A DNA stretch of 64,000 nucleotides, taken from contig CM120645.1 of the NCBI GenBank assembly GCA_051362555.1, forward strand, positions 21,142,001 through 21,206,000. Reading direction: 5' to 3'. This stretch comes from Lingula anatina. Its lineage: Eukaryota > Animalia > Brachiopoda. Position numbers and translations under genes: made by a program. The notes beneath the pieces are model-generated. The model ran no database searches, had not been told where the DNA came from, and saw only the letters and a list, made by a program, of their open reading frames with translations. Positions 63,221-64,000 of this stretch are shown here, in pieces (position 1 is the stretch's first letter; every line of letters starts with the position of its first letter).

Positions 63221-63765
63221 CTTCACCCATCTATCCATCCATCTGCCTATATACAAAATTTGTGATGATAATTCATACTCAGGTAAACTTTTGGAGATCC
63301 AGGCAGCAAATGCTTTGACTTTGTGTGCTGTTTCTGCTTGAGGCCAGTAGATTTGTCAACTTTAATGGCCAGCAGGCTAAAATGTTTTAGGGCACAGATT
63401 TTGTAAATGTCTTGAAAAAGCACATTCCAGGTAACTGTATTGGTACATATTGGTTTAGATTTTGTAAACGTTTTGAAAAAGTACATTCCAGGTAACTGTA
63501 TTGGTACATATTGGTTTAGATTTTGTAAACGTTTTGAAAAAGTACATTCCAGGTAACTGTATTGGCACATATTGGGTTAGATTTTGTAAATGTTCTGCAA
63601 AAGTACATTCCAGGTAACTGTAACTATTCATGCACATTTTGGTTTTCTTTTCAGGAAGTAACATTCCAAGCTATCATTGTGACAGACTACAAGAATACCT
63701 ATGTCCGTTATGTTTATGATGACAGGGGTATGAAATGGAACCTGACCCTGAACGCTGCTAACTCG
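21635..63765 (+). CDS. Giant secreted modular extracellular glycoprotein (signal peptide, ~14 MAM-like modules, Gly/Ser/aromatic repeats, 9 EGF, TSP1, NIDO); 52 exons traced, continues beyond the window
   Basis: ATG|gtaagc at 21635-21637 joined to 26926-27013 gives [25 protein letters not shown] (signal-like). The frame stays open through 27432-27527, 28827-28993, 29235-29424, 30284-31141, 31609-31794, 32603-32659, 34394-35143, eight exon pairs 36131-46175, and 27 more exons 46748-63765. First-exon assignment and single-gene linkage are inferred. Confidence 0.8.
26413..26572. repeat. Tandem duplication of ~83 bp
   Basis: ttttatgaaggcatct-cacgatgaa...tttgtcttcagattt...atttctccttc-ctttacaag occurs twice. 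Confidence 0.8.
26640..26678. repeat. (TAAA)n microsatellite
   Basis: Direct reading. Confidence 0.9.
28089..28178. repeat. (AT)n microsatellite
   Basis: Direct reading. Confidence 0.95.
28317..28658. mobile_element. ~340-bp TTAA-flanked MITE (Kolobok-like ends), copy 1
   Basis: TTAA-AGGGATAATAACTCTTCG ... CGAAGAGTTATTATCCCT-TTAA; near-identical to 31806-32150 and 52863-53207 in opposite orientation. Confidence 0.9.
29477..29650. mobile_element. Partial copy of the same palindromic repeat family
   Basis: Similarity to 50896-51180; internal hairpin gtctggcacgcttactgaagctgcta / tagcagcttcagtaggcgtggcagac. Confidence 0.6.
30284..31794 (+). CDS. Gly/Ser/Tyr/Phe low-complexity exons (30284-31141, 31609-31794), SG(Y/F)SG pentapeptide repeats
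   Basis: 15-bp repeat unit with variation at third codon positions in the GYSGS frame; phase-1 AG/GT boundaries. Confidence 0.85.
31806..32150. mobile_element. TTAA-flanked MITE, copy 2
   Basis: Same TIRs and internal sequence; begins 11 bp after the donor of exon 31609-31794. Confidence 0.9.
34394..35143 (+). CDS. Exon with GNFSGYSGY[18 protein letters not shown] repeats (81-bp unit made of three 27-bp subunits)
   Basis: Open frame, ttcag acceptor and gtaggt donor, six copies of the 27-aa unit. Confidence 0.85.
35473..35978 (+). pseudogene. Decayed duplicate of the GNFTGYPHF repeat exon (pseudo-exon)
   Basis: Same repeat and same end (ggag|gtaggtgtca), but an in-frame TAA at ~35643 and indels in the 5' half; 3' half near intact. 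Confidence 0.75.
37169..37353. mobile_element. 185-bp TG...CA element with 22-bp TIRs and 4-bp TSD
   Basis: TGATAATTATCAAACACAGGCC / GGCTTGTGTTTGATAATTATCA; CATA on both sides. Confidence 0.7.
43397..43500 (+). pseudogene. Truncated, degenerate copy of module exon A in intron
   Basis: ggacattcaggtggctac...ccccctatgtgtggtttccatgac...cctcaa, then similarity stops with no donor. Confidence 0.75.
44887..44990 (+). pseudogene. Second truncated copy of module exon A
   Basis: Homologous to 43397-43500 within a duplicated intron; more diverged. Confidence 0.75.
46748..56051 (+). CDS. Five diverged MAM-like modules plus one EGF. Exons 46748-46945, 47320-47691; 48023-48175, 48502-48657, 49054-49260; 49915-50133, 51523-51675, 52027-52233; 52456-52635, 53389-53763; 54224-54259; 54665-54772 (EGF); 55200-55319, 55710-56051
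   Basis: Each module begins C......C.L.Q....DD(F/V)DW, then LDC, and ends in a conserved C(D/T)G-like motif; splice phases consistent. Confidence 0.75.
50192..50882. mobile_element. ~690-bp non-autonomous DNA transposon, PIF/Harbinger-like
   Basis: CAG 3-bp TSD; GCCCCTGTTTCACAAA left end, partly deleted right end; internal inverted pair gtttcacaaagaatctaa (50284) / ttagattctttgtgaaac (50780); absent from the paralogous intron 48176-48501. A similar end occurs at ~1195. Confidence 0.7.
50890..51244. mobile_element. Palindrome-rich interspersed repeat (tagatcgatcta motifs)
   Basis: Shares ggttccca-cctagatcgatctaacagga...tttctcgctaaattgct and cagctt-agtaggcg-g-cagac with 29477-29650. Confidence 0.65.
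52863..53207. mobile_element. TTAA-flanked MITE, copy 3
   Basis: Same sequence, one mismatch in right TIR. Confidence 0.9.
56346..61599 (+). CDS. EGF/cbEGF array with one TSP1. Exons 56346-56420, 56771-56893, 57287-57400, 57839-57952, 58506-58619, 58973-59086, 59504-59692 (TSP1), 60287-60436, 61294-61599
   Basis: [18 protein letters not shown]..., [15 protein letters not shown]..., [36 protein letters not shown]; four consecutive 114-bp phase-1 EGF exons. Confidence 0.92.
58002..58175. mobile_element. Probable degenerate MITE with cctatagga subrepeats
   Basis: CCCTTATGGAAA ... TTTTGTGAGGG imperfect ends; multiple ggat(t)cctata motifs. Confidence 0.45.
61947..63765 (+). CDS. NIDO-like domain exons 61947-62080, 62419-62610, 62921-63094, 63655-63765
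   Basis: [47 protein letters not shown] match NIDO consensus motifs. Confidence 0.8.
63137..63218. repeat. (CT)n microsatellite
   Basis: Direct reading. Confidence 0.95.
63396..63622. repeat. Minisatellite, ~60-bp unit x ~4, just upstream of exon 63655
   Basis: agattttgtaaacgttttgaaaaagtacattccaggtaactgtattggtacatattggttt repeated. Confidence 0.9.
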
Positions 63766-64000
63766 GTGAGTTAATGGGAGAAATTGGCTGCTTTTAAAGC
63801 TAGCTACTGGTGAAAATTGAATTAAGATTAACAGGCTGTGTTTTGAAAAGATTTTTCACAACTTTTAATGGAATATTTCAGGATAGACTGTCACATTTAT
63901 TTAGAGGGGAGAAGATGTGATTACAATTTCTGCTGAATGCAGATCTTCTAATATTTATAAAACAGTATTTATTGCATGTTTTCTTTGGCGCTTGAGTTCA

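Noticed and set aside
63396-63622. CRISPR-like appearance of regular repeats
   Set aside because: Contiguous tandem units without unique spacers, eukaryotic intron, no cas genes.

Overview
AT-rich, intron-rich animal (invertebrate metazoan, plausibly lophotrochozoan) genomic DNA; no prokaryotic features. Contents: (1) a USP19-like deubiquitinase gene on the minus strand (17 exons traced by hand from ~13.9 kb down to the window start, truncated); (2) an apparently full-length, intact L1-group (Tx1-like) LINE with ORF1, ORF2, poly(A) and an 11-bp target-site duplication, inserted antisense in USP19 intron 5; (3) a complete 5-exon Hakai/CBLL1 gene head-to-head with USP19; (4) from 21.6 kb past the window end, one very large secreted modular gene (52 exons traced, ~3,600 codons, no stop reached). 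Its order is signal peptide, MAM-like module, SG(Y/F)SG low-complexity block, a block with an N-glycosylation sequon every 9 residues, 8 near-identical two-exon MAM-like modules with Gly/His linkers, 5 further diverged MAM-like modules, a short (GPS)n stretch, 9 EGF, TSP1 and NIDO. This gene is the most unusual item. Several MITEs, pseudo-exons and simple repeats lie in introns. All exon boundaries and domain names come from manual reading of GT-AG sites and motifs, not from searches.
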